64,000 bases of DNA from Octopus sinensis (taxonomy: Eukaryota). The stretch is taken from NCBI RefSeq assembly GCF_006345805.1, contig NC_043010.1, positions 14,322,001 to 14,386,000 on the forward strand. The letters run 5' to 3'. The position numbers were made by a program, and so were the translations under genes. Below, in pieces: positions 35,578 to 48,750 of the stretch (position 1 is its first letter; every line of letters starts with the position of its first letter). The notes below the pieces were generated by a model that had not been told where the DNA came from, did not search any database, and saw nothing but the letters and a program-made list of their open reading frames with translations.

Positions 35578-35949
35578 TCTGCTAAAGTAATATTTCTAGG
35601 GTGAGGATTAATGTGAAATCCTGTGGCTGACATGTGTGACTGTGTTAAAGCTAGTTGATTAAGAAAGTATTAATAAAAATACTTGGTTTCTTTCGGTAGC
35701 TAGCTGAATATTAATCCTTATAAATATTGTCCTTGTTCTTAGTTGTAGACTGTTGGTTTGTATTTATAAAGCTGAAATAGTAATTTATCAAGTCAGTATA
35801 TTTTAATGAATTACAAATGATTATAGAGCCAGTGAGCATTGTGTGGAAGTGAGATTGATCTGAATGGGAGGTGAGTTTGTTGTGTGTAACTTCTCTTTCC
35901 CTTGCCATAAGTGATGGTCCCTTGCTGTGTGTATTTCATTTGAATGAAG

Positions 35950-36364
35950 GGATCTTTTCGGTTTGAACGGCAGTTTTTTTCTAGCGGTGTCATATGAAAT
36001 TGTCACCCATAATTATGACCCTAGAATCGATCTATTGCATTTCAATCTGTTTTAGGGTTAGGGTTGGTTAGAGGTGGGGGGAAAGGTATCTATTTTTCTT
36101 CACAAATGTAAATAAACCCAATCTGTTTCTTAAACGAGGGATATATTCATATGGCACAGAATGCTTTTTAACTCAATAGACATCAGTGATTGGTTGAAAT
36201 TGCAGAAATTGAAGAAAAAAATATCTTACAAACTACAGAATTTTCTCAATAAAACCAAAAGAAAAAGATGTTTCATAAACACATTCTACCAGTATACGAA
36301 GTTTAAAAGTGTTTAGTTATGTGGAAATTATTTTAAAAAACTGCCGTTCAGACTGAAAAGATCC
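35950..36364 (-). mobile_element. hAT-type GGATC MITE
   Basis: Perfect 8-bp TSD GAATGAAG. Confidence 0.9.
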
Positions 36365-36785
36365 GAATGAAGTGTTCCTGTCCCAGAAGCTGAATGCCTG
36401 CCAGTGTATGTTTTGAACTCATGAAGCTGTTAGCTTCGCTACTTTTCTCTGTTCAGTCAGTTGAACTAGCAAACTTTCTGGTCTCTTGAAGAAAGACATT
36501 AAAAAAATCTTTTGTGTGCGTGCGTGCGTGCGTGCGTGTGTGTGTGTGCATGTGTATGTGTGTTTGTATTAATGAGGAAAAAAGCGGTGGTTGTGTGTTT
36601 CACTGTCACGTGTGAGCATTTGTTTATTGAGGGGAGTGCATTGTGTGAGAAGTGTCTGGAGGGCAGTGTGTGTGTGTGTGTGTGTGTATTTTTGTTGAAG
36701 TGTAATCAGGTTGTTTGACATAATTCACAGGATTTAATATTTCAGTGGTTCACATGTCAACATCATGCAGTAGAGATGTGGTTGC

Positions 36786-36819
<34 letters not shown>

Positions 36820-37208
36820 CTGGTGGTGGTGGTCTTTTTTGAAATTCCTGTTTATATTTATAGAAACAACATAAAATCAATATAGGTTTGGCTGTTTATC
36901 AACCTGGAACTTGCTGTTGCCATAAACTATTCGTACGGTATTGTTGTAGGTACCACCACAACTACCGTTGACATTATCCAGTACTGCTGATGGTCCCAAT
37001 ACTACTTGGTACTTTCATGACCTCTACCTACTGTTCATGGTGTTGTAGGTACCACTGTCAGTTGTTAGTAACACCATAGCTACGACAGCCACAGTCTAGT
37101 ACTGCTACAGGTTCCACTGTCACTTTGTTAGCTTTACTGTAGCAACCATACTACAATTTGCTATAGGTGTGGGTGTGTGTGTGTGTGTGTGTGTGTGAAA
37201 AGATGGAG

Positions 37209-37378
37209 TGCAGGAGTGGCTGTGTGGTAAGTAGCTTGCTTACAAACCACATGGTCCCGGGTTCAGTCCCACTGCGTGGCACCTTGGGCAAGTGTCTTCT
37301 GCTATAGCCTCGGGCCGACCAAAGCCATGGGAGTGGATTTGGTAGACAGAAACTGAAAGAAGCCCGTCGTATATATGG

Positions 37379-37432
<54 letters not shown>

Positions 37433-37660
37433 ATATATGTGTGTATACGTTTGTGTATCTGTTCATCCCCCCCAACATCGCTTGACAACCAATGGTGGTG
37501 TGTTTACATCCCCGTAACTTAGCGGTTCGGCAAAAGACACCGATAGAATAAGTACTAGGCTTACAAAGAATAAGTCTTGGGGTTGATTTGCTTGACCAGA
37601 AGGCGGTGCTCCAGCATGGCCACAGTCAAATGACTGAAACAAGTAAAAGGGTAAAAGAGT
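37209..37660 (+). mobile_element. Family A SINE, full length
   Basis: Subfamily with CCCCAACATCGC and GTACTAGGC variants. Confidence 0.9.
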
Positions 37661-38037
37661 AATATTTTGTCCTTAAGAAGTTTCTTTATTATTTTGTTCA
37701 TGACTTAGTCCCGTAATGATGTAACTGTGATACATGCATTGACCTGCCACAGGGTTATCACGTTATAAAATGCTTATCTACAAGTATTTACCTAACTCTA
37801 AAATATGTCCAGTACATGTAAGTGACACTCCTATAACAAGATTAAAGAAATATAAATTTGAACACGCCAGGTTAGCAGTCACTGACACTAGAATAATGGA
37901 ATAACACTTCTGACTTTTTTTCCAATTTTTTGGCCAGCCATTAGAATTGGTGATAAATGATCCCAGCATGAATGCTTGAAGCAGTGTGCTCAACTAAACA
38001 CACTTGAAGGTTAGGCGGTGGCTTTTTAGCCCTTTAG

Positions 38038-38202
38038 CCCTTTAGCATTTAAACTGACCAGGTCTGGCCTTTCACACCTTTCACGCAATGCCATTCACAG
38101 CAGCAATCATCATCAATATCTCAGTTACAGTATAATGCATGATTAATTCAAAACACTGAATAAATAAGCTATACGTACGACAGTGATGTGAATGCTAAAG
38201 GG
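38038..38202. mobile_element. piggyBac-like MITE, subfamily 2, degenerate
   Basis: CCCTTTAGCATT ... AATGCTAAAGGG termini. Confidence 0.55.
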
Positions 38203-38451
38203 TTAGAGCCAGGCGAGGGATTAAATCTGCTCTCCAGTATAGATTCCTCCATACAGTTTTTGCCTATCAAATTTTAAACAAGTACACATTAGGGTGATGT
38301 TCTAAATGTTCATGGCTGGAATGTTTAACATTCATTTTTCTCAATGAAGGTTGATCTGAGTCTAAGAAATGACTATGTAAACACACACACACTTTGTAGT
38401 ATCCAAACCTGTCAAAAAAATGCTTACTGCCATCTTAAAAAGTACCAATCC

Positions 38452-38672
38452 GATTGTGGCTGTTTGCCAGCCTGCTCTGGCCCCTGTGCCAGTAGCACAT
38501 AAAAAGCACCCACTACACTCACGGAGTGGTTGGTGTTAGGAAGGGCATCCAGCTGTAGAAACACTGCCAGATCAGACTGGAGCCTGGTGCAGCCTCCTGG
38601 CTTCCCATTTCCCCGGTCGAACCGTCCAACCCGTGCTAGCACGGAAAACAGACATTAAACGATGATGATGAT
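38452..38672 (+). mobile_element. Family D SINE 3' part
   Basis: Body and (GAT)n tail as at 2436-2830. Confidence 0.8.
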
Positions 38673-39244
38673 CCACATCCTTCACCATAGCAACTATCAC
38701 TATGTTGTATACTTAGATGTGTGTGTCTACATACTTATACATTTATGTGTTGGTTTATACATGCAGTTGTGTGCGCGCGTGCACAGCTGCACTCTATGAA
38801 CTATTTAATAATTCAAGAATGGCTGTGTAGTTAAAACGTTCTCTTTACAGCTATACAGTTTTATGTTCAATCCCATTGTGTGGCATTATGGGTCAGTGAC
38901 TTCTAACCGCAGCCTCAAGTTAATCCATGTCTTGTGAGCGAAATTTTGTATGTAAAGATTGTATGGAAGTCTGTTGGAGGGATCCGGTTTTGAACGGCAG
39001 ATTTAATCCGTCACCTTGTTTTGCACAACCCCCACCCTAGCTCTTGGGTGACTTTAGCGAAGCACACACTTGCAAGAATTTGGGTTAAGTCTTCAGTCTA
39101 ACATCTTCTCACCAATGTTGGAGTCTTGGTAAATTTTTAAGTTGTGTCCTTTGGTGTTTAACTATGTCAGTGGTGGCAAACCTTTTAGTTTGCTGTGTCT
39201 TGATTTTAGTTTCTTTAATAATCCTGTTATTGAAGTGTTATGTA

Positions 39245-39620
39245 TCATCATCATCATCATTGTTCGACCGTGGTCGAGACAATGGAATTTACTATGCTAC
39301 GCCAGACTTCACGGTCCATCGTAGCATTACGGAGGTCCTGTTGCTGGATGCCTGTATCTCTGGAGATTACATCAGGGTAGCAGAGTGTGTGCCCTCTGGT
39401 ATCGCGAGCAGATGGCTTCCAGAGGAGAAGAGTAGAAATTGCCTCGTTTTCAGCTCTTGTCAACAATGTCCAGCAAACTGGACTCACCTACCTTTCACGA
39501 GATGACACAGATGGTAGTTTCCCATATATTTGCATTTTGGTTGGATGACGCTTCCACGAGAGATTTTGAGCTCTCATAAGGAGGCGAGTGTAGGTTCCAT
39601 CCACATATACTCTCTGAAGG
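39245..39620 (-). mobile_element. RTE-clade LINE 3' fragment
   Basis: DGTYTRLLMRAQNLSWKRHPTKMQIYG...FAGHC...LLLWKPSARDTRGHTLCYPDVISRDTG...WRSIVNSIVSTTVEQ with frameshifts, then (GAT)n. Confidence 0.88.
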
Positions 39621-39767
39621 TAGTTTCATTTTAACTGTTTTCCTGTCCCCTATCATGTGTGATACTCAGGATATATTTCCCTGGCAACCATGCATCATGT
39701 GATATATATTCCTGATTTTTGAATCATTGCAGTGATTTGAAACTTGAGAAAGGAAACTTTGTTACTC

Positions 39768-40202
39768 AGAATGTATGAAAGAAAGGCTAAATGGTCTCAA
39801 AAATTTGTCTTGTGAAGAAAGGCTGAGGACGCTTGACTTTTATTCTCTAGAAAAACGCCGCCGCCGTGGTGATCTCATTCTCGCTCACAACATCATAAGC
39901 GGAAAGTGTAACCTCTCGAAAGAGCTGTTCTTCACTCCTGCTCCGGAGCGTCGGCTGCGGGGTCATTCCGAAAAGCTCTACCTGCGACGAAGGAATCGAA
40001 GGAGAGGAGCTTTCTCCATCTGGGTTGCGGATCCGTGGAACAAGCTGCCAGACGAGATGAAGATGCTGACGACCGCTTTGTTCAAAGTCTCCCTTGACCT
40101 CAAGTGGCCTGAACTCTTTACATGAACACCACCCTGTACTTAACTCCATGTCCCCCTACATGGCCTTGCTTTTTGCTTTTGAGCCAAAAATTAACTAACT
40201 AA
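39768..40202 (+). mobile_element. CR1-clade LINE ORF2 C-terminus and 3' UTR
   Basis: EERLRTLDFYSLEKRRRRGDLI...LRGHSEKL...WNKLPD, typical CR1 C-terminal motifs; (AACT)n tail. Confidence 0.9.
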
Positions 40203-40378
40203 AAGTTTAAAATCAAGCATGGTCATTGAGGACAAACTCAACAAAATGCTTTGGCCAGGCAAAGGCTTAGGTAAACACCTATAGATCAGCTTCTTGATTG
40301 AAGGGTGATTTGGTTGTTATTTCTAATAGGTTGTGATAATGGAGGTGTTGGTGCTGGCTTGTGCAGTATTGTTGTTTT

Positions 40379-40780
40379 GGATCTTTTCAGTTTGAACAGC
40401 AGTTTTTTCTAGCGGTGTCATATGAAATTGTCACCCATAATTATGACCCTAGAATCGATCTATTGCATTTCAATCTGTTTTAGGGGTGGGGGAAGGGTAT
40501 CTTTTTTTCTTCAGAAATGTAAATAAACCCAATCTGTTTCTTAAACGAGGAACATATTCATACGGCACAGAATGTTTTCACCTCAATAGACATCATTGAT
40601 TGGTTGAAATTGCAGAAATTGAAGGAAAAAAACAACAAATATCTTACAAACTATAGAATTTTCTCAATAAAGCCAAGAGAAAAAGATGTTATAAACACAT
40701 TCTACCAGTATACGAAGTTTAAAAGTTTTTAGTTCTCTAAAAAATATTGTTAAAACTGCCGTTCAAACCGAAAAAGATCC
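40379..40780 (-). mobile_element. hAT-type GGATC MITE
   Basis: TIRs present; TSD GTTGTTTT/GTTTTTTT. Confidence 0.88.
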
Positions 40781-41360
40781 GTTTTTTTTTTTGTTATTGT
40801 TTGTTACATAAGAAATTTAGAATTACAGAGTAGATTTGTTTTTGATCCACTTTATACAACAGAAAACAAAAATGTGGTCCTAATGAATCTCTAGAAGAAT
40901 TAACTTCTTTACTCTTGTGTCGAGAAGTGTGGAGGGTTTGATTTGGGATTCCAGATGGCTCTTGTAATTTTATTTCGTAATTAGGGGACAGTTTTTTTTT
41001 TTTTTCACTCACTTTTGCTTGATCAAGAATGTTTTTGTGTGTGTGTTGGTAGGCTTTATTTACTTAATGCTTTCCCTGTTTTTTAATAAATGTGATTTAT
41101 TGAAAATTATAGTAAATGCCATATTTTAATTTTTTATTTTATTGATATTTGGTGATTTTTAAACAATGTGCAGTTGAAAGCTACGGTTGATTGAATCAAT
41201 ATGATGGCCTCTGGCCAACAGTAATCATTGTTGCCATCATCATCATCATCAAGATTATCTTCGATGCAGCTTAGACCCAAGTCAGTCTTAATTAAAATTA
41301 AGCAGAGCTATGATCAAAACCATTCAAAAGATAATTCTTTTTTTGTTTTTTAGATACTGT

Positions 41361-41751
41361 TTTACTCTTTTACTTGTTTCAGTCATTTGACTGCGGCCAT
41401 GCTGGAGCACCGCCTTTTAGTCGAGCAACTCGACCCCGGGACTTATTCTTTTGTAAGCCCAGTACTTATTCTATCGGTCACTTTTGCCGACTGCTAAGTA
41501 ACGGGGACATAAACACACCAGCATCGGTTGTCAAGCAATGCTAGGGGGACACACACACACACACACGCATATATATATATACATATATACGACAGGCTTC
41601 TTTCAGTTTCCGTCTACCAAATCCACTCACAAGGCTTTGGTCGGCCCGAGACTATAGTAGAAGACACTTGCCCAAGGTGCCACGCAGTGGGACTGAACCC
41701 GGAACCATGTGGTTGGTAAACAATCTACTTACCACACAGCCACTCCTGCGC
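41361..41751 (-). mobile_element. Family A SINE, full length
   Basis: Reverse match. Confidence 0.9.
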
Positions 41752-42067
41752 TATAGTGTACTCTGGACTACATTACCCAGTTTTTTTTTTAAAGACAGTG
41801 ATGGGATTTGTGGGAGATATTGCAGCTATTTCTAGCAAGTTATGTGACTATGGAAAGGCTTCCTCATTGGCTTGTCTAGAGGTTCCTATTGCTGCCATCA
41901 TAATGAGCATTGGGGGCATAGCCAACATTTCTGTCATTACTGTTCTCATTATTGCTTTTTGCATCATCATCGATGACCTCATAAACCACATGGTCAGTAC
42001 TGCACTAACTTGACCTCATTCTTTGTGATTTGCCATAAATTTGTACTTTATAGTAAGAATTTTTTAA

Positions 42068-42235
42068 CCCTGAAGCATTCACATTACTCTGTTAAATGTA
42101 ATGCTTATTTCTCCACATTGTTTTGAATTAATCGTGCATTATCTTGTAATTGAGATTTTGATGACATAACTGTAATTTTTTAGAACGATATCGTAGATTT
42201 GGTGTGAGAAACCACATCTAGCCTGTTTGAACATT
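42068..42235. mobile_element. piggyBac-like MITE, subfamily 2 fragment
   Basis: TTAA|CCCT start; body similar to 49344-49595. Confidence 0.55.
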
Positions 42236-42386
42236 AACCCATTCGTTACTATATTTATTTTGAGATGCTCTGTGTTTCTTTAGAAACACTTCATTAGAAA
42301 ACACTTCATTATGGCTGTTTAATGCACCAGGTTTCTTCTAGTCCTTAAGAATTTTGGCTCTCTCTATGATGCAGATCTTTTGTTAA

Positions 42387-42606
42387 CCCTTTCATTACTG
42401 TATTTATTTTGAGATGCTCTGTGTTTCTTTCAATTACTTTAAATATAACAAAGAATTGAGTAAAATAACTTAGTTATCATTAAGCTAGTGTTAGGAACAT
42501 AAATTGTGACTAACGTTTGGTGGAAGATTTTAATTCAAAACTTATGTAAACAAGACATTTGTACTCAGAGCCAGAGCCGGTTTCAGCAGGGTTGGTAACG
42601 AAAGGG
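42387..42606 (-). mobile_element. piggyBac-like MITE, subfamily 1 (~220 bp)
   Basis: TTAA|CCCTTTC ... GAAAGGG|TTAA. Confidence 0.85.
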
Positions 42607-42724
42607 TTAAACAGGTAGAATGCTGAAGGGTTAAACTTCTGATTTCCAGTTTAATCCCAATTTCTCATTGTTTAATTCTAATTTCCCACTGTTATGGGCT
42701 AATACTAATTTCTCATTCTCTTAA

Positions 42725-42943
42725 CCCTTTCGTTACCAACCCGGCTGAAACCGGCACTGGCCCTGTAGTACAAATGTCTTGTTGCCATAAGTTCTGAATT
42801 AAAATCTTCCACCAAACCTTAGTCACAATTTATGTTCCTAACACTAGCTTAATGATAATTAAGTTATTTTACTAAATTCTTTGTTATATTTAAAGTAATC
42901 GAAAGAAACACAGCATCTCAAAATAAATACAGTAACGAAAGGG
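42725..42943 (+). mobile_element. piggyBac-like MITE, subfamily 1, inverted relative to 42387-42606
   Basis: TTAA flanks; near-identical reverse complement of its neighbour. Confidence 0.85.
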
Positions 42944-43587
42944 TTAAACTCTTCTCTCTGTATGGCGCATAGGCCATCGACTACTTTTCTCCATTGTTAA
43001 CCCTAGGCTGTTTTTTCTGTCTCTTTCCTGTTGGATCTTTGCTTTTTCAGCTATTCCTTTTGGATTTTACTGCACTGTCAGCTGTTTCCTTAAGAGTAGG
43101 CCTTCCTCTCCCAGGTTTTGTTGGTTTTGAATTGTCATCGATGCTTTTGTAATTTTGTTACTTTTCTAGATAAGGGTGTTGGCCCTATGCAAATTGTTTT
43201 ACCTCAGGGAAGAGGTGATCAATATTAGTCTGGTCTCTATCCTTTGATCTGCCCATCATGGAAGGTTCTATCAGGAGCTTGCACTCAACTAGTGTAGATC
43301 TCTCTGGGTTTATAGAGGTAAATAAGCTATTTATTTAGGACTAGACCTTTTGGTGGAATTTGTCATGGATTAATACTAATTTCTAATTAATTCTCATTAA
43401 TTATTATTAATTAGCAGGACTAGTGAATAGTTCATGGAATTAATGGTAAACTGATCGGGTTATTTTTGAAGACTTTATCCAAAAGACCCGAAAGCGTAGC
43501 CTTTGTCGTGTCTGTATCAAAAGGCAGTCGTTCGTTTGCTGATCATTGAAAAGTGAAGGAAATCGGAATACGATGATTACTTAATGC

Positions 43588-43637
<50 letters not shown>

Positions 43638-43825
43638 TGCATACACACACACCTTTCCCTTCAGCTAATTACGTGAAAGCGTTACAGATGGGCTAAGTAA
43701 TGGAAGGAAAAAAAAACTTAAAAACTACACATTTCACTCACCACGTCTCCCTCCCTCCTCCTACTCCATCCCTGCCATGCCCCTCCTCCTCAACTAATTA
43801 CATAGAAGTGTTACAGACGAGCTCA

Positions 43826-43868
<43 letters not shown>

Positions 43869-44226
43869 TTATTCCCCATGGCTTAATTCTAATTTGTCGT
43901 GGTTTGATTCTAATTTCTCAGTTTTAGTACAGAGCTTTTAAAATTTAATTTTCAAAGATAATTTTCAACAACTTGCATTGAGCTGTTGCATTACTGACTG
44001 CATGTTTATGAGTTCAAATCTTTCAATCGATCTCCAATCCTGGGACTGACAAATCAGATTGGCAGCCTCACAATGGTATGGGTTAGAATGTAAAGAAAAG
44101 AGTGTGTTTCAGGCTTTACAACAGTCATGGTGTTGTTTAACTTGCTGCAAAAGGTCAATTCTCAAATCACACCCAAACTGACTGTTGGACCTGGAGAAAA
44201 TAAAAAAAAAAAAAAAAAAAAAACAG

Positions 44227-44390
44227 GGGCAGGAGTAGCTGTGTGGTAAGTAGCTTGCTAACCAACCACATGGTTCCGGGTTCAGTCCCACTGTGTGGCA
44301 TCTTGGGCAAGTGTCTTCTGCTATAGCCCCGGGCCGACCAATGCCTTGTGAGTGGATTTGGTAGACAGAAACTGAAAGAAGCCTGTCGTA

Positions 44391-44435
<45 letters not shown>

Positions 44436-44648
44436 TTGTGTGTCTGTGTTTGTCCCCCTAGCATTGCTTGACAACCGATGCTGGTGTGTTTACGTCCCCG
44501 TCACCTAGCGGTTCGGCAAAAGAGAACCGATAGAATAAGTACTGGGCTTACAAAGAATAAGTCCCGGGGTCGATTTGTTCGATTAAAGGTGGTGCTCCAG
44601 CATGGCCGCAGTCAAATGACTGAAACAAGTAAAAGAGTAAAAGAGAGT
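44227..44648 (+). mobile_element. Family A SINE, full length
   Basis: High similarity to 4683-5098. Confidence 0.9.
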
Positions 44649-46196
44649 AAGGTCATAGGTGGAATTGCCTTTTTGATCACAGGACTGTCTTACCTGGGGC
44701 TAAATAACTAGAACATGATGCATAAACCCTGCTTGTCTCTGTTTGCATGCCTGGCACCTACTTGATTGCTGGTTAGTAGTAGAAAGGCAGCAGCAGACTT
44801 GCAGCAGTCACAACAATATGCCACTCTGCAAATTTATCCACACTGACTGTCCCACCCATGCAAAATATATAGAACATGAAAAATCAGAAACCAAATGTAA
44901 ATTTCTTGTACGAATGCCAAAACATTGAACAAACAAAAGATGAGAAAAGAAATTTCCTTATTTTGCCAATTCTTCATTGAGTTTGGCACAGGAAGCTGGT
45001 TTGCTTTCTCAGCAACAGATGATTATTTTTGTTTGTTTTTTATTTTGCTTCAGTTGTTGTTGTTGTTGTTGTTGTTGTTGAAGTTGATGACTTGTACAGT
45101 GTTCAGTTGTTTCAATGTTTAGAATGTAATGTGAAACTGCCATCTTTTAAACATCATTTAAAGCATAATTGATGAATGTGATAACCTGTTAAGTGGGAGG
45201 TCCACGTCGGATGGGATTTTGTTTCCAGGTTTTATATATATAATCTAGCATTCAATTTGGGGGTGGCCACGCTCCTCTTTCTGCGAGGGACAAACATTTG
45301 AGCTGAACACATTGTAACTTAACAAAATGCACCTACAGTGTTGCTGCTAGAGCCATTGAAAGAGCCTATGAATACTCTCTCATTGGCTCAACCGGCTAGA
45401 AATAGCAGCTAAATCTCCCTTAGATCAGACCTTATAGCCTTACAAAAGGATACATTAGATAATATTCTGGGTAAACTATTCCAGAAGAAAATTTGGTCCA
45501 AACCGTAATGGCCTTTGATTGTAGGATTGTCCACCCTTATGGGAGCTGTTGTGTTTGTGTGTATGTGTGTGTGTGTGTGTGGGGGGGCTAAACAACAGCG
45601 ATATAACAATGTTGTTGCTGTATTTGTTGGTATATTGTTTTTTCTAAGAGATACTTTGGTGTTATTTCTGTTTGATGGCATATTGTAATAGCTTAGTTGG
45701 GCTGCATTGATGATAGAAAAAGGACCTTTGTCATGAAATATAATGCTAACACTGGTGACAAGATAGAATTACCAAACCCTTTTAGTATTGCAACAGTCTT
45801 TACATGCATTCCTATGATACTGTTCACTTGAAACCGGTTCAAGCCAAAGGGGAAGCTTCTACATTGTTGCTTGTTCTGTCAGAATTAGCAGCCAAATCTC
45901 CTGCAAATCACAACCTACTGTTTTTACAAATGCAAGGACACAAATAGTTCCTCAAATAAACTGCCTGGTCATGGCTGGAATGCTTCTGATTGCAGAACTG
46001 CTTGATCAGGATACTTGTTTGCGAAAGTGTTGTAAATCTGGTTGGGTGTTTAGTTCAAGTGACTTTTCATTAGATCATTTTTGTTTATGTTGGTAATTGA
46101 TGGATATGGACTGTAGTCTATGTACAACTTATGATGATGCAAAAGTGTCCTTTTATTTATCTGTGTAGTCTTTGATTTTTTTTTTTTTTATAGCGC

Positions 46197-46532
46197 TGCC
46201 ATGACTGGCTTCTGTGCCGGTGGCATGTAAAAAGCACCATCCGAACATGGCTGATGCCAGTGCCGCCTTGACTGGCTTCCATGCCGGTGGTACGTAAAAA
46301 GCACCGATCTGATTATGGCCGTTGCCAGCCTTGCCTGGCACCTGTGACGGTGGCACGTAAATAGCACCCACTACACTCACAGAGTGGTTAGCATTAGGAA
46401 GGGCATCCAGCTGTAGAAACACTGCCAGATCAGACTGGAGCCTGGTGCAGCCTTCTGGCTTCCCAGATCCCGGTCGAACCGTCCAACCCATGCTAGCACG
46501 GAGAATGGACATTAAACGATGATGATGATGAT
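46197..46532 (+). mobile_element. Family D SINE with diverged 5' tandem units
   Basis: Three GGTGGCACGTAAAAAGCACC-type units, then body and (GAT)n tail. Confidence 0.8.
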
Positions 46533-47075
46533 GTTAAGACATTGGGGACCCAGAGCAGTACTGGAATAGACCATGAGTGAATGTGCAAATTTGCTTGACC
46601 TAGAAAAAATATCAGTGTTTCTCTCATCTCTACTGTTTTAAGAAAATAGTATGTTTTTGTTGAATGTGATGGTTTGTTGTACTTTGGTGTTACTTCTTAG
46701 GTGGGATATGATAGAGGTGATCCCTTTAGTCTGTCTGGCTTGTTGGTTGTATTACTGCTTTGCTTTCATTTGTATCCTGTAACAGACAAAAGCTTAGTAC
46801 TGCCAATGAAACTCTTGTTGACTATATAGTATTCTTAGTGTTTCGAAGCACACCCACCTTGGGTCTTGTTTTACCTTCAAAGGAGGTTAAAAAAAAAAAA
46901 AAATTAGAGTTGCTAGTAGCGCTTTGTTACCATTGCTACTAACATTTTAACCACGAGAAACTAAAGTCAAATGGGGCGTTGCTGTGTTGGGTGGTGGTTG
47001 TGATGTCTTTGATGCTATTGGATCTTGTCGTGAATGGAGTATTTTTTCCACCTGTATATGAAATTCAATCTTTAA

Positions 47076-47296
47076 CCCTTTTGTTACTGTATTTATTTTG
47101 AGATGCTCTGTGTTTCTTACAACTACTTTAAATATAACAAAGAATTTAGTAAATTAACTTCGTTATCATTAAAGCTAGTGTTAGGAACATAAATTTTAAC
47201 TAAGATTTGGTGGAAGATTTGAATTCAAAACTTACGAAAACAAGACATTTATACTAAAGGGCCAGAGCCGGTTTCAGCCGGGTTGGTATCGAAAGG
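47076..47296 (-). mobile_element. piggyBac-like MITE, subfamily 1
   Basis: TTAA|CCCTTT...GAAAGGG; matches 42387-42606. Confidence 0.8.
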
Positions 47297-47695
47297 GTTT
47301 TAAACCAGTCTTATTTTTCTTTTCATTGAATTGACAATGTTAAAGAAGGGTGTTTAAATTGAAAGCATTGCTATCTTGGCTGTTTCATGGCCTGTACTAG
47401 AAGCAGAATGAGATGTCTGCAGTTGTTATTGTCACATTACTGCAACTTAGATATTTATTGAATCAAGAAAGCGGGATGGGGGGGAGGTTTATGTAAAAAT
47501 AGCCCCCCCCCCCCCCTCATCCTTCCCGAAGCTCAACTCCACTTTCAATGTATAAAGCAGATGAGATAAAGCTTCTCCTGAAAGTAACCCTGATCCATTG
47601 CAGGTAACACTCATTTGACCAAGTAGTTCGTTGGAATGTTGAGAATAACTGAGACAATGCAGAATATAGTATTTTGCTCATAAAACACAACAAAA

Positions 47696-48070
47696 GGATC
47701 TTTTCGGTTTGAACGGCAGATTCTTCTAGCAGTGTCATATGAAATTGTCACCCATAATTATGACCCTAGAATCGATCTATTGCATGTCAATCTCTTTTAG
47801 GGTTAGGGGTGGGGGGAGGGTATCTTTTTTTCTTCACAAATGTAAATAAACCCAATCTGTTTCTTAAACAAGGGACATATTCATACGGCACAGAATGTTT
47901 TTGACCTCAATAGACGTCACTGATTGGTTGAAATTGCAGAAATTGAAGAAAAAACAAACAACAAATATCTTACAAACTATATAGAATTTTCTCAATAAAG
48001 CCAAGACAAAAAAGATGTTTTATAAACACATTCTACCAGTATATGAAGTTTAAAATCTTTTAGTTACCTG
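47696..48070 (-). mobile_element. hAT-type GGATC MITE, one end truncated
   Basis: One TIR present; the match stops at TAGTTACCT ~48070. Confidence 0.85.
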
Positions 48071-48119
48071 GGAAGAAGGCAGTGGATTGGGGGACGTTAT
48101 GAATTTATTATATTAGTAT

Positions 48120-48750
48120 TGTACCCGGCAAGACTAGTGAAGCCATAACCCGTGGCCCCTACCTGGGACGTAGTCAGTCCACCTGTGCATACCTTCCTTC
48201 TTGTGACACTTGTGAAGACCTGTTGAGGCAAGTGAGAATCGAATCAAATCAAATCAAATCGAACCAAATCAAAATAGATGAACATCAATGGAATTTGTAT
48301 CCTTGTGGTACCAGTGCCGGTGGCACATAAGAAAACCATCCGAACGTGACCGTAGCCAGTACCGCAACGACTGGCCTCCGTGCTGAGGGCACGTAACAAA
48401 CACCATCCGAGCGTGGCCGTCCGCCAGCCTCGTCTGGCACCTGTGTCGGTGACACATAAGAAAACACCATCCGAGCGTGGCCGTCAGCCAGCCTCGTCTG
48501 GCACCTGTGTCGGTGGCACATAAAAAACACCATCCGAGCGTGGCCGTCTGCCAGCCTCGTCTGGCACCTGTGTCGGTGGCACATAAAATCACCCACTACA
48601 CTCTCGGAGTGGTTGGCGTTAGGAAGGGCATCCAGCTGTAGAAACACTGCCAGATCTGACTGGCCTGGTGCAGCCTTCGGGCTTGCCAGACTCCAGTTGA
48701 ACCGTCCAACCCATGCTAGCATGGAAAGCGGACGTTAAACGATGATGATG
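48120..48750 (+). mobile_element. Longest family D copy (upstream segment, (AATCA)n linker, tandem ~62-66 bp units, tail)
   Basis: Tandem units at 48310-48595 and (GAT)n end; assignment of 48120-48300 to the element is inferred. Confidence 0.7.

Noticed and set aside
42955-43320. Possible degenerate RTE end (minus strand GRGRPTL, VDGLCA)
   Set aside because: Short motifs only; boundaries cannot be defined.
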